A DNA stretch of 64,000 nucleotides, taken from contig JBBDRF010000012.1 in assembly GCA_040905565.1 (NCBI GenBank), positions 119,966 to 183,965 on the forward strand, read 5' to 3'. The notes under the pieces were generated by a model, which did not search any database, was not told the DNA's origin, and was given only the letters and a program-made list of their open reading frames with translations. Every line of letters begins with the position of its first letter. Position 1 is the first letter of the stretch. A program made the position numbers and the translations under genes. This DNA comes from Phycisphaeraceae bacterium. Its GTDB lineage: Bacteria; Planctomycetota; Phycisphaerae; Phycisphaerales; Zrk34. Positions 10,117-20,292 of this stretch are shown here, in pieces.

Positions 10117-11280
10117 ATGAGAATGCTCTTCAAGCTATTGATAGCGCTGTCGCTATGTGTGCTGACTGCGACTGCGAGCGGTTGTGGTGACGCTGAGGAA
10201 GTTCGGCGGTACCGGGTGCCGCCGTTGGCGCAATCGGACGATCTGCCCGCACCTCCGCCGGAGACGGCTCCGCCGACGGCCACGGCTGGCGAAAACGATC
10301 AACATCAACACGACCACGGACCTGCGCGCATGATCGTGGCGATCATCGAGCACGAGGGCCGTAACTGGTTCTTCCGAATGCTCGGCCCGGCTGCGGATGT
10401 CCCTGCCGAAGTTCAGCATTACGTCACGTTTTTGCAGTCGATCGATTTCGATGAGACGGGTCCGCAGTTCGTCGTCCCCGACCACTGGCAAAGTCTTGAG
10501 GCGACTGGGATGCGGTATGCCGCGTTCCAGTTCGGGCACGCGGGACATCCGATCGAACTGACGGTGGTGCCGTTGGGGGCGGAGGCGGGGAGCCTGCTGG
10601 CGAACGTGAACCGCTGGCGGGGTCAGCTGAACCTTCCGCCGATGACCGAAGCGCAGCTCCCCGAGGTGGTGATGCGTCACGAGCTTTCCGGCCGTGAGGT
10701 GGTCATCGTCGACATCGGCGGCGGCCGGGGCGGCGGGGCGGCCGACGGCGGCAACATGGCCGACGCCCATCCCGGCCCGGGCACTCCTGCCGACGCTGTC
10801 CCCGACGCGCCAAGCAGTGTCAATGCCGCTCGGGTGCTTTACGAGGCCCCCGACGGCTGGACCGATCGCGAAGCGACCGGGATGCGTCATGCTTCGTTGG
10901 CGGTGATGGAAGGCGAGCAGATGCTGGCCGACGTGAGCGTCATCCCACTCTCCGGCGGGGCGGGTGGCATGCTGGCAAACGTGAACCGCTGGCGTCAGCA
11001 GGTGGGCCTGCAGCCGATCGACGAGCAGGGCCTTGAGCAGGCGCTGATCCCCGTCACCATCGACGGCGGGAAAGAGGCGGTCTACGTCGACCTCGTCGGC
11101 GAGCCGAATGCGGAGGGCGAACGCCTGCGGATTCTCACCGCAGTGCATCGGCAGGGCGATCTGACCTGGTTTATCAAGATGACCGGAGAGGTAGAGGCTG
11201 TGGGCGAACAGAAGCAAGCGTTTGAGCAGTTTGTGAAATCGATCCGGTTCGACGGCGGGGACGGGGGGGAGGGGGCATGA
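10117..11280 (+). CDS. Putative lipoprotein with a tandemly duplicated domain, upstream of cytochrome c biogenesis genes
   Basis: Lipobox-like ASGC; two copies of W...GMR.A...LANVNRWR.Q and WF(F/I)(R/K)M.G; ATGA overlap with the next gene. Confidence 0.75.
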   Translation: MRMLFKLLIALSLCVLTATASGCGDAEEVRRYRVPPLAQSDDLPAPPPETAPPTATAGENDQHQHDHGPARMIVAIIEHEGRNWFFRMLGPAADVPAEVQHYVTFLQSIDFDETGPQFVVPDHWQSLEATGMRYAAFQFGHAGHPIELTVVPLGAEAGSLLANVNRWRGQLNLPPMTEAQLPEVVMRHELSGREVVIVDIGGGRGGGAADGGNMADAHPGPGTPADAVPDAPSSVNAARVLYEAPDGWTDREATGMRHASLAVMEGEQMLADVSVIPLSGGAGGMLANVNRWRQQVGLQPIDEQGLEQALIPVTIDGGKEAVYVDLVGEPNAEGERLRILTAVHRQGDLTWFIKMTGEVEAVGEQKQAFEQFVKSIRFDGGDGGEGA

Positions 11281-12584
11281 GCACCGCACCGCCTGATCTC
11301 GATCATCAGAACCCCGAAGCCGAGCCGGACGAAGCGTCGACGATGCCCACGCCCGAGGGCGACCAGATGACCGCTGACCGTCGGCTGGCGCAGGTCGGGC
11401 CCGCCATCAAGCTGGTGCTTCAGCCGCTGGCCTCGCTGAAGTTGACCGTGGTGCTGTTCGCGCTGTCGATCTTCCTGGTTTTTGCCGGCACGCTGGTGCA
11501 GGTCGATCAGGGCATCGGCGTGGTGATGGAAAGCCACTTCCGCTCGATGATCGCCTGGATTGATCTGCAGGTCTTTTTTCCGCGCGACATTGAGGTGCCC
11601 GGCTCGTTCCCGTACCCCGGCGGCTGGCTGCTGGGCAGTATCCTGCTGGCGAACCTGCTTTCCGCTCACATGGTGCGTTTCAAGCTGAACTGGAAGCGGT
11701 CGGGAATCTTCCTGACGCACGCCGGGCTGATCATCATCCTCCTCAGCGAACTGGTCACGGGGCTTTACGCGGTGGAGGGGAACATGACGATCGAGGAAGG
11801 CACAGCGACTAACTATCTCGAGCATCTGCAGAATGTAGAGGTCGCCGTTCGGGAGGTCGGCAGCGACGAAGTGACCGTCGTCGCGGAATCGCGGCTCAAG
11901 CGTGGCGGCGTGATCGAAAACGACCTGCTGCCGTTCGACATGGCGATGCACCAGTACATGCCGCACTCGGAGGTGATGGCGCCGGGTGACGCCTCGCCTT
12001 CAGTCGAGAACCCCGCCAATGCGGGCGACGGTCAGCATGTGGTGGCGGTGCCGCGGCCGCAGGTGACGGGGGTGGATCCGGAACAACGCATCGACGCTCC
12101 CAGCGCCTACGTCACTTTCAGCGATAAGCAGACCGGTCAGCCGCTTGGCACTTACCTGATCTCCCTGTGGCTGAGCGTGAACGATCGGCCACAGCGCGTC
12201 ACCGTTGACGGCAGCGTCTACGAAGTCGACCTCCGCTTCAAGCGAACCTACAAGCCGTACACGATGTACCTCGCCGATTTCCGCCACGACCGATACATCG
12301 GGACGGACATCCCCAAAAACTTCTCGAGCCAGATTCGATTGATGGACCCATCCCGCAACGTGGACCGCGACGTGCTGATCTACATGAACCATCCGCTGCG
12401 GTATGAGGGCGAGACGTTCTTCCAGTCGTCGTACAAACCCGGCGACACAGCGACGATCCTTCAGGTGGTGCGGAACCCCGGGTGGCTGATGCCTTACATC
12501 TCATGCGTCATGGTGGCGGTGGGGCTGATCGTGCACTTCGGGCTTTCGCTGATGGCGTTCTCCCGGCGGAGGGTCAAGCAATGA
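11277..12584 (+). CDS. resB: Cytochrome c biogenesis protein ResB/CcsB-like (system II)
   Basis: LASLKLTVVLF...FAGTL; GIFLTHAGLIIILL (conserved TM His); MNHPLRYEGETFFQSSY; VRNPGWLMPY. Confidence 0.85.
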   Translation: MSTAPPDLDHQNPEAEPDEASTMPTPEGDQMTADRRLAQVGPAIKLVLQPLASLKLTVVLFALSIFLVFAGTLVQVDQGIGVVMESHFRSMIAWIDLQVFFPRDIEVPGSFPYPGGWLLGSILLANLLSAHMVRFKLNWKRSGIFLTHAGLIIILLSELVTGLYAVEGNMTIEEGTATNYLEHLQNVEVAVREVGSDEVTVVAESRLKRGGVIENDLLPFDMAMHQYMPHSEVMAPGDASPSVENPANAGDGQHVVAVPRPQVTGVDPEQRIDAPSAYVTFSDKQTGQPLGTYLISLWLSVNDRPQRVTVDGSVYEVDLRFKRTYKPYTMYLADFRHDRYIGTDIPKNFSSQIRLMDPSRNVDRDVLIYMNHPLRYEGETFFQSSYKPGDTATILQVVRNPGWLMPYISCVMVAVGLIVHFGLSLMAFSRRRVKQ

Positions 12585-14245
12585 AACGTTTTTCAACGCT
12601 CTTTCCGTGGTTGATTTTGGGCCTGGCGGTCGTCTTCCTCGTCGTTCAGATGATCCCGCCTCGCAGTGCGACCGATCTGGCTGTGCAGGAATTCGCCAAG
12701 TTGCCGGTCGTGGACCGCGGCCGCGTGAAGCCGTTCGATACCATCGCCCGCACGAACCTCATGAGGCTCAACGAGCGGCAGACATTCGAGGATGCTGCAG
12801 GCAATCGGCAGCCGGCCATCGTGTGGCTGCTCGACGTACTCTCCGGCAGGGACCGCGCATGGGAGCATCGCATCTTCCGGATCGTGAACCACGACCTGCT
12901 CGACAGCCTCGGCCTCGAAGTCCGCGAGGACTTCCGCTACGCCATCGTCGATCTCGGGCCCACCATTCGTACGCTGGCGCAGCAGGCTCAGCTTGCTGAC
13001 CAGCGCGAATCGCACGAGCGCACCGCCTACGACCGCAGCGTCCTGAAGCTGGCGAACGATTATTCACGCTTCACCGAGTTGGCACAGCATCAGGCGCTGA
13101 ACATGGTCCCGCCGAGCGGGGATCGGGACTGGCGACCGCTCGCGCCGGCGATGCAGGGGGCGGGCGAGGGCGCGGACGGCCCGGCGGCGCAGCTCTCCGC
13201 CATCTTCGCCGCTTACGCCAGGGACGACGCCGAGGCCTTCAACGCGCAACTTGCCGACTATCGTCAGTGGCTCAACGAGCATCTGACGCAGCAGCAGACG
13301 AAGACCGGCTTCGAAACGTTCTTCAATCGATTCGCCCCCTTCTACCAGACCTCGGCCCTTTATGTGCTGGTGTTCGTCCTCGGCTGCCTTGCATGGCTGG
13401 GGTGGACGAAACCGCTTGCGCGCGCGGCGGCCGGGGTGGCCGTGCTGGCGTTCGTGGTGCATACCGCAGCACTGATCGCGCGCATGTGGCTGGAAGGTCG
13501 GCCGCCGGTGACGAACCTCTACGCCTCCGCCGTTTTCGTCGGCTGGGGTTGTGTCGGGCTGGGGCTGGTGCTCGAGTACCTTTACCGCAACGGCATCGGA
13601 CTGGTCGTCGCTGCGGTGACCGGTTTCCTTTCGCTGCTGGTGGCCCACCATCTCGGGCAGGGCACCGACACGCTCGAGATGATGCAGGCCGTGCTCGATA
13701 CCAATTTCTGGCTCGCCACGCACGTCACCACCATCACCCTCGGTTACACCGCCGTGTTTGTGGCCGGCTTCCTCGCGATCATCTACGTGTTGCGGGGCGT
13801 GTTCACACGGTCGCTCGACATCGAAGCGAGCAAAACCCTTGGCCGCATGATGTACGGCATCCTCTGCTTCGCCATGCTCCTGAGCTTCGTGGGAACCGTG
13901 CTCGGCGGCATCTGGGCCGACCAGTCCTGGGGACGCTTCTGGGGATGGGATCCCAAGGAGAACGGGGCCCTGATCATCGTGCTCTGGGTCGCACTTATCC
14001 TCCACGCGCGGTGGGGCGGCATGATTCAGCAACGCGGCATGGCCGTCCTTGCGATCTTCGGCAATGTCGTCGTCACATGGTCGTGGTTCGGCGTGAACGA
14101 ATTGGGGGCCGGGCTGCACAGCTACGGCTTCACTGACGGCACCGTTTTCTGGCTGTTGGTGTTCGCCGGCAGTCAATTGCTGCTCGTGGGCCTCGGCTCC
14201 CTGCCATTGACGCTATGGCGCAGCACGCCCCGCCGACTCACATGA
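12581..14245 (+). CDS. ccsA: Cytochrome c biogenesis protein CcsA/ResC
   Basis: WWD domain GGIWADQSWGRFWGWDPKEN, WLATHV and GLHSYG; ATGA-coupled start at 12581. Confidence 0.93.
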   Translation: MKRFSTLFPWLILGLAVVFLVVQMIPPRSATDLAVQEFAKLPVVDRGRVKPFDTIARTNLMRLNERQTFEDAAGNRQPAIVWLLDVLSGRDRAWEHRIFRIVNHDLLDSLGLEVREDFRYAIVDLGPTIRTLAQQAQLADQRESHERTAYDRSVLKLANDYSRFTELAQHQALNMVPPSGDRDWRPLAPAMQGAGEGADGPAAQLSAIFAAYARDDAEAFNAQLADYRQWLNEHLTQQQTKTGFETFFNRFAPFYQTSALYVLVFVLGCLAWLGWTKPLARAAAGVAVLAFVVHTAALIARMWLEGRPPVTNLYASAVFVGWGCVGLGLVLEYLYRNGIGLVVAAVTGFLSLLVAHHLGQGTDTLEMMQAVLDTNFWLATHVTTITLGYTAVFVAGFLAIIYVLRGVFTRSLDIEASKTLGRMMYGILCFAMLLSFVGTVLGGIWADQSWGRFWGWDPKENGALIIVLWVALILHARWGGMIQQRGMAVLAIFGNVVVTWSWFGVNELGAGLHSYGFTDGTVFWLLVFAGSQLLLVGLGSLPLTLWRSTPRRLT

Positions 14246-14373
14246 AAATAACTGTGACGGGCCATCTTTTAAATGTTGTGCGGCGAGTTTGCCGAAGGTA
14301 AGCTTCGTCGGTTAGTGAGTTATTTAGTGGCGGTCATGAAGAGGATCGCCAGCGCAACGGTTAAGGAAGAGAC

Positions 14374-16296
14374 ATGGCTGGTCACACGTTTGCCATCAAC
14401 GTGAACAAATATCGCGTATGGATTACTCCCGCTGTCTTGGTGGTCCTGTTCGCCGTGGTCGCCTGTACAGGCACGGGCCCGGCGGAGCCGGAGTTTTCCG
14501 CGGCCCCCATGCCCACCGGCGACCATCCCAGACCCGGCAAGGTCATCGCCGCCAACGCCCCGGCCAATCCGACCGAGCAGGAAGTCTTCGACATGCACGA
14601 GGAACTGCTCGTGAAAGATGCCTACCCCTCGGCCCGGGAGTGCGGCGTCTGCCATCCCAAGCACTACGAAGACTGGTCCGTCTCCTCCCACGCCTACGCA
14701 CAGATCAGCCCCGTCTTCAACGCGATGCAGGGCAAGGTCTCCAAACTCACCAACGGCACCAACGGCGACTTCTGCATCCGCTGCCACACGCCCGTCGGCA
14801 TGAACCTCAACGAGCCGACGTTCATGAGCAACATCGATCGCCACCCCACCAGCCGCGAGGGCGTCACCTGCATCGTCTGCCACCGCGTGCCCCAGGCCTA
14901 CGGCAAGATCAGCGGTCGCCTCGCCATTGATCGCGGCCCGGTCATCGACCCCGTCTACGGCCCGAGGGGCGACAATAGCGTAGTTGAGCAACTGATGGCC
15001 GACGGCAAGGCCCACGCCGATCCCGACGCGCCGGGGCGACAGATCCACGCCGAGGCGAAAGAGTTCTTCCAGATCACGACCTCCGCGTTCTGCGGCACCT
15101 GCCACGACGTCACGCTGGTCAACGGCTTCCGCCTTGAGGAAGCCTTCAGCGAGTTCAAATCGTCGCCCGCCGCCCAACGCGGTGAGACGTGCCAGGATTG
15201 CCATATGGGCAAGGAACAGGGCCTTTATGCCGGGTCCGATGAGGAAAATTATCCGCACGGACCTGTCGCGGTCGTCGGTGGTGAACCCACGAAGTCGCGA
15301 AAGCTGACCAATCATCTGATCGCCGGCCCGGACTATTCGATCGTGCACCCCGCACTGTTCCCCCTGCACCCACGGGCGATCCGCGAAGAAAGCGAAATCG
15401 ACGATCCGCGTGCCGACGGACTGGCCACCATCCGCCAGTGGCTCGAGTTCGACTACGAAGCCGGCTGGGGCACCAACGAGTTCGAAGACAGCATTCCCTT
15501 CGACCATCCGTTCCCCGAACGCTGGGCGTCGATCGACGACCGGTACGATGCGCGCGACATCATCGAAGACAACCTCGCGCTGCTCGAGCGTGCGACCGAA
15601 GCCCGTCGCGCGCTGCTGAAGCGCGGCTACGTGCTCGGCGATGTCGAAATGCTCGAGGTCAGCGAGGACGAGGTAAGCTTCAAGGTCCAGGTCCGCAACG
15701 GCACCGACGGCCACAATGTCCCCACCGGTTTCGATGCCGAGCGTATGGCCTGGCTTCACGTGCAGGTGGTAGACGCCGACGGCAACGTGGTGATGCAATC
15801 GGGTGATCTGGATCCCAACGGCGACCTGCGCGACGCCCATTCGCTTTACGTGCATAACGACGAATTACCGCTGGATAAGCAGTTGTTCAGCCTGCAGAGC
15901 AAGTTCCTCACGCGGAATGTGCGAGGAGGCGAGCGTGAGCAGGTGCTGCCGGTGAACTACTCAATGACGCCGCTGCCGTTCCTGCGGCCGGAGCGGTCGT
16001 CGAGTGTTCTGCTAGGCCGACCGGGCGGTGCACGCAAGCACAAAAAGACGATCGAGCCGCTCGGCGAGCGGTGGGCCGAGTACTCCTTTACCGGAAGCGA
16101 CCTTGCCGCGAACGGGCCCTATCAGGTACGTGTCGAACTGAAGGTCGGCATGGTGCCGGTCCATCTTGTCGCCGAGATTCAGGACGTCGGCTTCGACTAC
16201 AACATGAGCGCCAAAGATGTCGCCGACGGCATCGTCGATGGGCACATGGTGCTGTGGACGAAGGACTTGACCGTCGACGTACCGCAGGGCCAGTAG
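14374..16296 (+). CDS. Pentaheme c-type cytochrome, probable lipoprotein
   Basis: Five CxxCH (CGVCH, CIRCH, CIVCH, CGTCH, CQDCH); N-terminal hydrophobic stretch ending VAC; C-terminal GHNVPTG beta domain. Confidence 0.88.
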   Translation: MAGHTFAINVNKYRVWITPAVLVVLFAVVACTGTGPAEPEFSAAPMPTGDHPRPGKVIAANAPANPTEQEVFDMHEELLVKDAYPSARECGVCHPKHYEDWSVSSHAYAQISPVFNAMQGKVSKLTNGTNGDFCIRCHTPVGMNLNEPTFMSNIDRHPTSREGVTCIVCHRVPQAYGKISGRLAIDRGPVIDPVYGPRGDNSVVEQLMADGKAHADPDAPGRQIHAEAKEFFQITTSAFCGTCHDVTLVNGFRLEEAFSEFKSSPAAQRGETCQDCHMGKEQGLYAGSDEENYPHGPVAVVGGEPTKSRKLTNHLIAGPDYSIVHPALFPLHPRAIREESEIDDPRADGLATIRQWLEFDYEAGWGTNEFEDSIPFDHPFPERWASIDDRYDARDIIEDNLALLERATEARRALLKRGYVLGDVEMLEVSEDEVSFKVQVRNGTDGHNVPTGFDAERMAWLHVQVVDADGNVVMQSGDLDPNGDLRDAHSLYVHNDELPLDKQLFSLQSKFLTRNVRGGEREQVLPVNYSMTPLPFLRPERSSSVLLGRPGGARKHKKTIEPLGERWAEYSFTGSDLAANGPYQVRVELKVGMVPVHLVAEIQDVGFDYNMSAKDVADGIVDGHMVLWTKDLTVDVPQGQ

Positions 16297-16299
16297 GGC

Positions 16300-17829
16300 A
16301 TGAAACAAGGAAAGCATGAGATGATCGGCTGGGCTTTGAGAGTTGTGCTGCGTCAACGTCACGCGGCGGGTTGCTGGGGCGCGATCGCGCTGATGATGAT
16401 GTTCGCCGTCCAAGCGCCGCAGACAGCCTTCGGTGACGATGCGGGCCCGGAAACGGAAGCGGCACAAGCCGAGACCGAGGCAGCGGAAGAGGCCGGTGAA
16501 GACGCCGCGACAGACACGGAGGCTGCGGAATCATCCCACAGCGAAAGCGCTTTCGATGACAAGCCGATCCCGCTGATGGATCCCGTGCGGGCGGAGCGAC
16601 CTAAGCCCCTGCTGGAACTGGGCAACCCGTTCCTCGGGACGGGGAACATTCAGCCAGGCATCGAATTGCCCGGCGGGGCGGTCTGGCAACCCTCGTTCCT
16701 GCTGTTCGGCACGTATCGCTCCGCGATCCAGGCGTTCAACGACGGCGAAACCACGCGGTCGGAGTGGGCCAATCGCCTTGATATCTTCGGCAACCTCCAA
16801 CTGTCGCCCACAGAACGCCTGCTCGTGGGCATTCGGCCGCTCGACCAGGACAACCGTTTCACCGGGTACAACATCAACGGCGAACCGACCGGTTGGGAAG
16901 AAGAATTCAACGCACGCATCACGACGCTCTTTTTTGAGGGGGATTTCGGCGAGATCTTCCCCGACCTCGATCCGCACGACCGCCATGCGCTGGACTGGGG
17001 CTTTGCCGTCGGCCGGCAGCCGCTTTCCTTCCAGGACGGGCTGCTGCTGAACGATCGCATCGACGCGATCGGCATCGTGCGAAATAACATTCTGCCCAGA
17101 GGCGGCTCCAACCTGCGAGCCACGTTCCTTTACGGGTGGGACAACATCCATCGCAACGACAACGAGCGGGCACGCAAAGCCGACATCTTCGGCATCTTCA
17201 CCGAGTCCGATTGGGAAAAAAGCACTGTGCAGGCCGACTTTGTTTTCGTGCATGACAGTTCGGATTTGCCGAACAGCGCTCACTGGGGTCTGGGAGCAAT
17301 TCAAAGATTCGGCAAGATCAACACCGCGTTCCGCTACCTCGGGTCGCAATCGACCGGCGAGAACGTCCCCGCAGCCAGCAGCGGGCATCTGCTGTTCAGC
17401 CAGGTGTCGTGGACGCCGGCACGTACGCATGACCTGATGTATGTGAACGCGTTCCTCGGCATCGACGACTTCGCCTCGGCTGCGCGTTCACCGGAGGTCG
17501 GCGGACCGCTGGGCAACACCGGCATCCTTTTCGCGGCGATTGGGCTCGGACGCTACGGCGCGCCGCTGGGCAACCGGGTCGGCGACTCAGTCGGCGGGGC
17601 CATCGGCTACCAACTCTTCCTCGACGACACCCGAAAGCAGATCATCTTCGAAGTCGGCGCCCGACAGGCGACCGGCTCAGAGGACGATGACGCCACCGCC
17701 GCAGTCGGCGTGCGGTACCAACAGGCACTCGGCAAAAATTTCATCCTGCAACTCGACACGTTCGGGTCGCTGCAGGAGTCGCGCGATCCCGGTTACGGCG
17801 GCCGTGCGGAAATTCGCTATGAATTCTGA
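16300..17829 (+). CDS. Putative outer-membrane beta-barrel protein
   Basis: Signal peptide, acidic linker, alternating amphipathic strands rich in G and aromatic residues, and C-terminal AEIRYEF (BamA beta-signal-like). Confidence 0.7.
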   Translation: MKQGKHEMIGWALRVVLRQRHAAGCWGAIALMMMFAVQAPQTAFGDDAGPETEAAQAETEAAEEAGEDAATDTEAAESSHSESAFDDKPIPLMDPVRAERPKPLLELGNPFLGTGNIQPGIELPGGAVWQPSFLLFGTYRSAIQAFNDGETTRSEWANRLDIFGNLQLSPTERLLVGIRPLDQDNRFTGYNINGEPTGWEEEFNARITTLFFEGDFGEIFPDLDPHDRHALDWGFAVGRQPLSFQDGLLLNDRIDAIGIVRNNILPRGGSNLRATFLYGWDNIHRNDNERARKADIFGIFTESDWEKSTVQADFVFVHDSSDLPNSAHWGLGAIQRFGKINTAFRYLGSQSTGENVPAASSGHLLFSQVSWTPARTHDLMYVNAFLGIDDFASAARSPEVGGPLGNTGILFAAIGLGRYGAPLGNRVGDSVGGAIGYQLFLDDTRKQIIFEVGARQATGSEDDDATAAVGVRYQQALGKNFILQLDTFGSLQESRDPGYGGRAEIRYEF

Positions 17830-17874
17830 GTTAAGCCCCCAGCCCCTTCGGCCCGACATCAAAGATAAGAGGTC

Positions 17875-19146
17875 GTGATAGCGCAAATAGCAAACAACCT
17901 GTTCTGGTGGGGCGGCGTGGTGCTGCTGGGCATTGTGACGTTGCAGTCATTGGTCGCGCTCGGCGGGTCCGTGCAGCGCTGGCGACGCGATCAGCAACGC
18001 CGGCGCTGGCGCGACGAGATCCTGCGCTCGCAGCTTTCTCTCGCCCGTCATCGCCCTGACGTCCTCTCCGAGAGCGGCGTCGCATGGGCCGGCTGGCGCA
18101 AGTTCCGCGTGGCCCGGAAAGAGCTCGAGAACGGTGAGCAGAACATCTGCTCGTTCTATCTTGAACCGCACGACGGGAAAGCCGTGCCGACTTTCGAGCC
18201 CGGTCAGTACCTCACCTTTCAGGCCCGCCTGCCCGGCGAAGACAGGCCTCTGGTTCGATGCTATTCGCTGTCGGCAGCTCCGCAGGAGGCGGTCTACCGC
18301 GTGTCGATCCGCCGGGTGCCCCCGCCGCGTGACAGCGAGCTTCCGCCCGGGCGGATGTCCAGTCACTTCCACGACCACGTGAACGTTGGCGATATTCTCG
18401 ATGTCAAAGCCCCCGGCGGCAGCTTCACGCTTGATACCACCCGTTCAAATCCCGTCGTTCTGCTGGCCGGCGGGGTGGGTATCACGCCGATGCTCAGCAT
18501 GCTCAACGCTGTGGCCGCCTCGGGCATGGACCGCGAATGCTGGTTGTTCTACGGCGTGATCCACGGCGATGACCAGATCATGAAGCAGCACCTGCGCCGC
18601 ATCAACGCCGAGCATCCGAACATCCACGTACGTTTGTGCTATTCGAATCCGCGTGAGGATGTCGACGTGCTCGGCCGCGATTACGATCATGCCGAGCGGG
18701 TGAGCGTTGCGCTCATGCAGCGCCTGCTGCCGTCCAATAACTACGATTTCTACATGTGCGGCCCGCCGCCGATGATGGATAGCCTCAAGGCCGATCTCAA
18801 GGCGTGGGGCGTGCCGGACGACCGCGTTCATTCCGAAGCCTTCGGCCCTGTGCACAGCAAGAAGCCGGTGAAGGTGGAGTCGAGCGCGAAAACGGTCGAC
18901 GTCAAGTTCGTGCGGTCGAATAAGACCTGCCACTGGACGCCCGAGTCGGGCACGCTGCTTGATCTGGCGCGAACACACAATATCGCGGTGGACTCAGGCT
19001 GCGAGCAGGGCGATTGCGGAACGTGCATGCTGCCGATCCACAGCGGCGACGTGGAATATCAGAAACCCCCGGGCTTCGAAGCCGAGGGCGGCACCTGTCT
19101 GCCTTGCGTCTGCACGCCCCAGGAATCACTCGAACTCGATGCGTGA
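17875..19146 (+). CDS. Membrane-anchored FAD/NAD(P)H oxidoreductase with C-terminal 2Fe-2S ferredoxin
   Basis: N-terminal TM helix; RCYSLS, GRMS, LAGGVGITPM and YMCGPPPM (FNR family); CEQGDCGTC...CLPC. Confidence 0.9.
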   Translation: MIAQIANNLFWWGGVVLLGIVTLQSLVALGGSVQRWRRDQQRRRWRDEILRSQLSLARHRPDVLSESGVAWAGWRKFRVARKELENGEQNICSFYLEPHDGKAVPTFEPGQYLTFQARLPGEDRPLVRCYSLSAAPQEAVYRVSIRRVPPPRDSELPPGRMSSHFHDHVNVGDILDVKAPGGSFTLDTTRSNPVVLLAGGVGITPMLSMLNAVAASGMDRECWLFYGVIHGDDQIMKQHLRRINAEHPNIHVRLCYSNPREDVDVLGRDYDHAERVSVALMQRLLPSNNYDFYMCGPPPMMDSLKADLKAWGVPDDRVHSEAFGPVHSKKPVKVESSAKTVDVKFVRSNKTCHWTPESGTLLDLARTHNIAVDSGCEQGDCGTCMLPIHSGDVEYQKPPGFEAEGGTCLPCVCTPQESLELDA

Positions 19147-19167
19147 CCTGCTGACTGGCCACCCGAG

Positions 19168-20283
19168 ATGAACTGGAACATTGGAACCCGAAGGACGCTG
19201 AATATGCTCAAGCTCGACCGATGGCTGCTGACGACACTGGTGATGATGGCGATGTTGACCGGAAACGTCTGGGGGCAGGCGATCGACAAGGAAGGCGACG
19301 CGCTCGAGGCGGCGCTGCTTGAGCGGGCTTCGAAGGTGGTCGGTCCGACCGATTTCGCGAACTCGTGTGTCGAATGCCACGCCGCCGAGGTCGATGCCTG
19401 GCGAAACACCAAGCACTTCGCGACGTACGCCGAGATGCACCGCACTGAAGAGGCGCGGGAGATCATCCGCGCCCTCGGCGGCCGCTCCATCAAGCGTGAC
19501 GCCATGTGCCTTCAGTGCCATTACAGCTCCGTGGAAAATAACGGTCGGCTGCGGGCGATGTGGGGCATTTCCTGCGAGTCCTGCCATGGTCAGGCCGAGG
19601 AGTGGGGCCCCGCGCACGCGCTGGTCGGTGGCGAAGAAGGCGCGCAGCAGATGACGCCCGGCGAATCGTCGGAACTGGAGACGCCTGAGCAGCGTGAGGC
19701 CCGGCTGACGCAGGCCGCCTCGCAGGGCATGATCCATTCAGGCATGATCTACCACATCGCGACCAACTGCTTTGGCTGCCACACGGTTCCCGACGAGCAG
19801 TTGGTGAACGAGGGCGGCCATCAGGCGGGCAGCGATTTCGACCTCGTCGCCTGGTCGCAGGGTGAGGTAAGGCATACGTTCCTCTCTTCATCGGATGGCC
19901 ACACGAATCAGCCTCCCACCGCGGAGCGCAAGCGTGTGCTTTACGTCGTCGGTGTGCTTGTGGACATGGAGTTCACGCTGCGGAACCTGGCCAAGTCCAC
20001 GGAGGAAGGCACGTTCCGAGAGGCGATGCGCGAGCGTGCGAACGGCCTTCAGACACGGATCGACGCGCTGCTCGAGGCGATGACGATCTCGGAAGTCGCT
20101 GAAGTCAAAGCGGCTCTGCCGGAGACGTTCGACACGTCGATCACCGTGGATGCTGAGCTGGTGCAGACGGTTGCCACGGCGGCGCAGGCCTTCGCTGAGA
20201 ACAATGACGGATCCGATCTGGCTGCGATCGACGAGCAGATCCCCGGCGAAGACGCCTACAAGGGCGACGTTTACACGCCTTGA
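19168..20283 (+). CDS. Periplasmic tetraheme cytochrome c (c554-like motif spacing)
   Basis: Signal peptide; CVECH, CLQCH, CESCH and CFGCH. Start may be 19204. Confidence 0.87.
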   Translation: MNWNIGTRRTLNMLKLDRWLLTTLVMMAMLTGNVWGQAIDKEGDALEAALLERASKVVGPTDFANSCVECHAAEVDAWRNTKHFATYAEMHRTEEAREIIRALGGRSIKRDAMCLQCHYSSVENNGRLRAMWGISCESCHGQAEEWGPAHALVGGEEGAQQMTPGESSELETPEQREARLTQAASQGMIHSGMIYHIATNCFGCHTVPDEQLVNEGGHQAGSDFDLVAWSQGEVRHTFLSSSDGHTNQPPTAERKRVLYVVGVLVDMEFTLRNLAKSTEEGTFREAMRERANGLQTRIDALLEAMTISEVAEVKAALPETFDTSITVDAELVQTVATAAQAFAENNDGSDLAAIDEQIPGEDAYKGDVYTP

Positions 20284-20292
20284 GCATGGAAG

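Noticed and set aside
14238..14257. TCACA-N10-TGTGA upstream of the cytochrome genes as a CRP/FNR site
   Set aside because: Half-site order and spacing do not match TGTGA-N6-TCACA, and it overlaps the ccsA stop codon.
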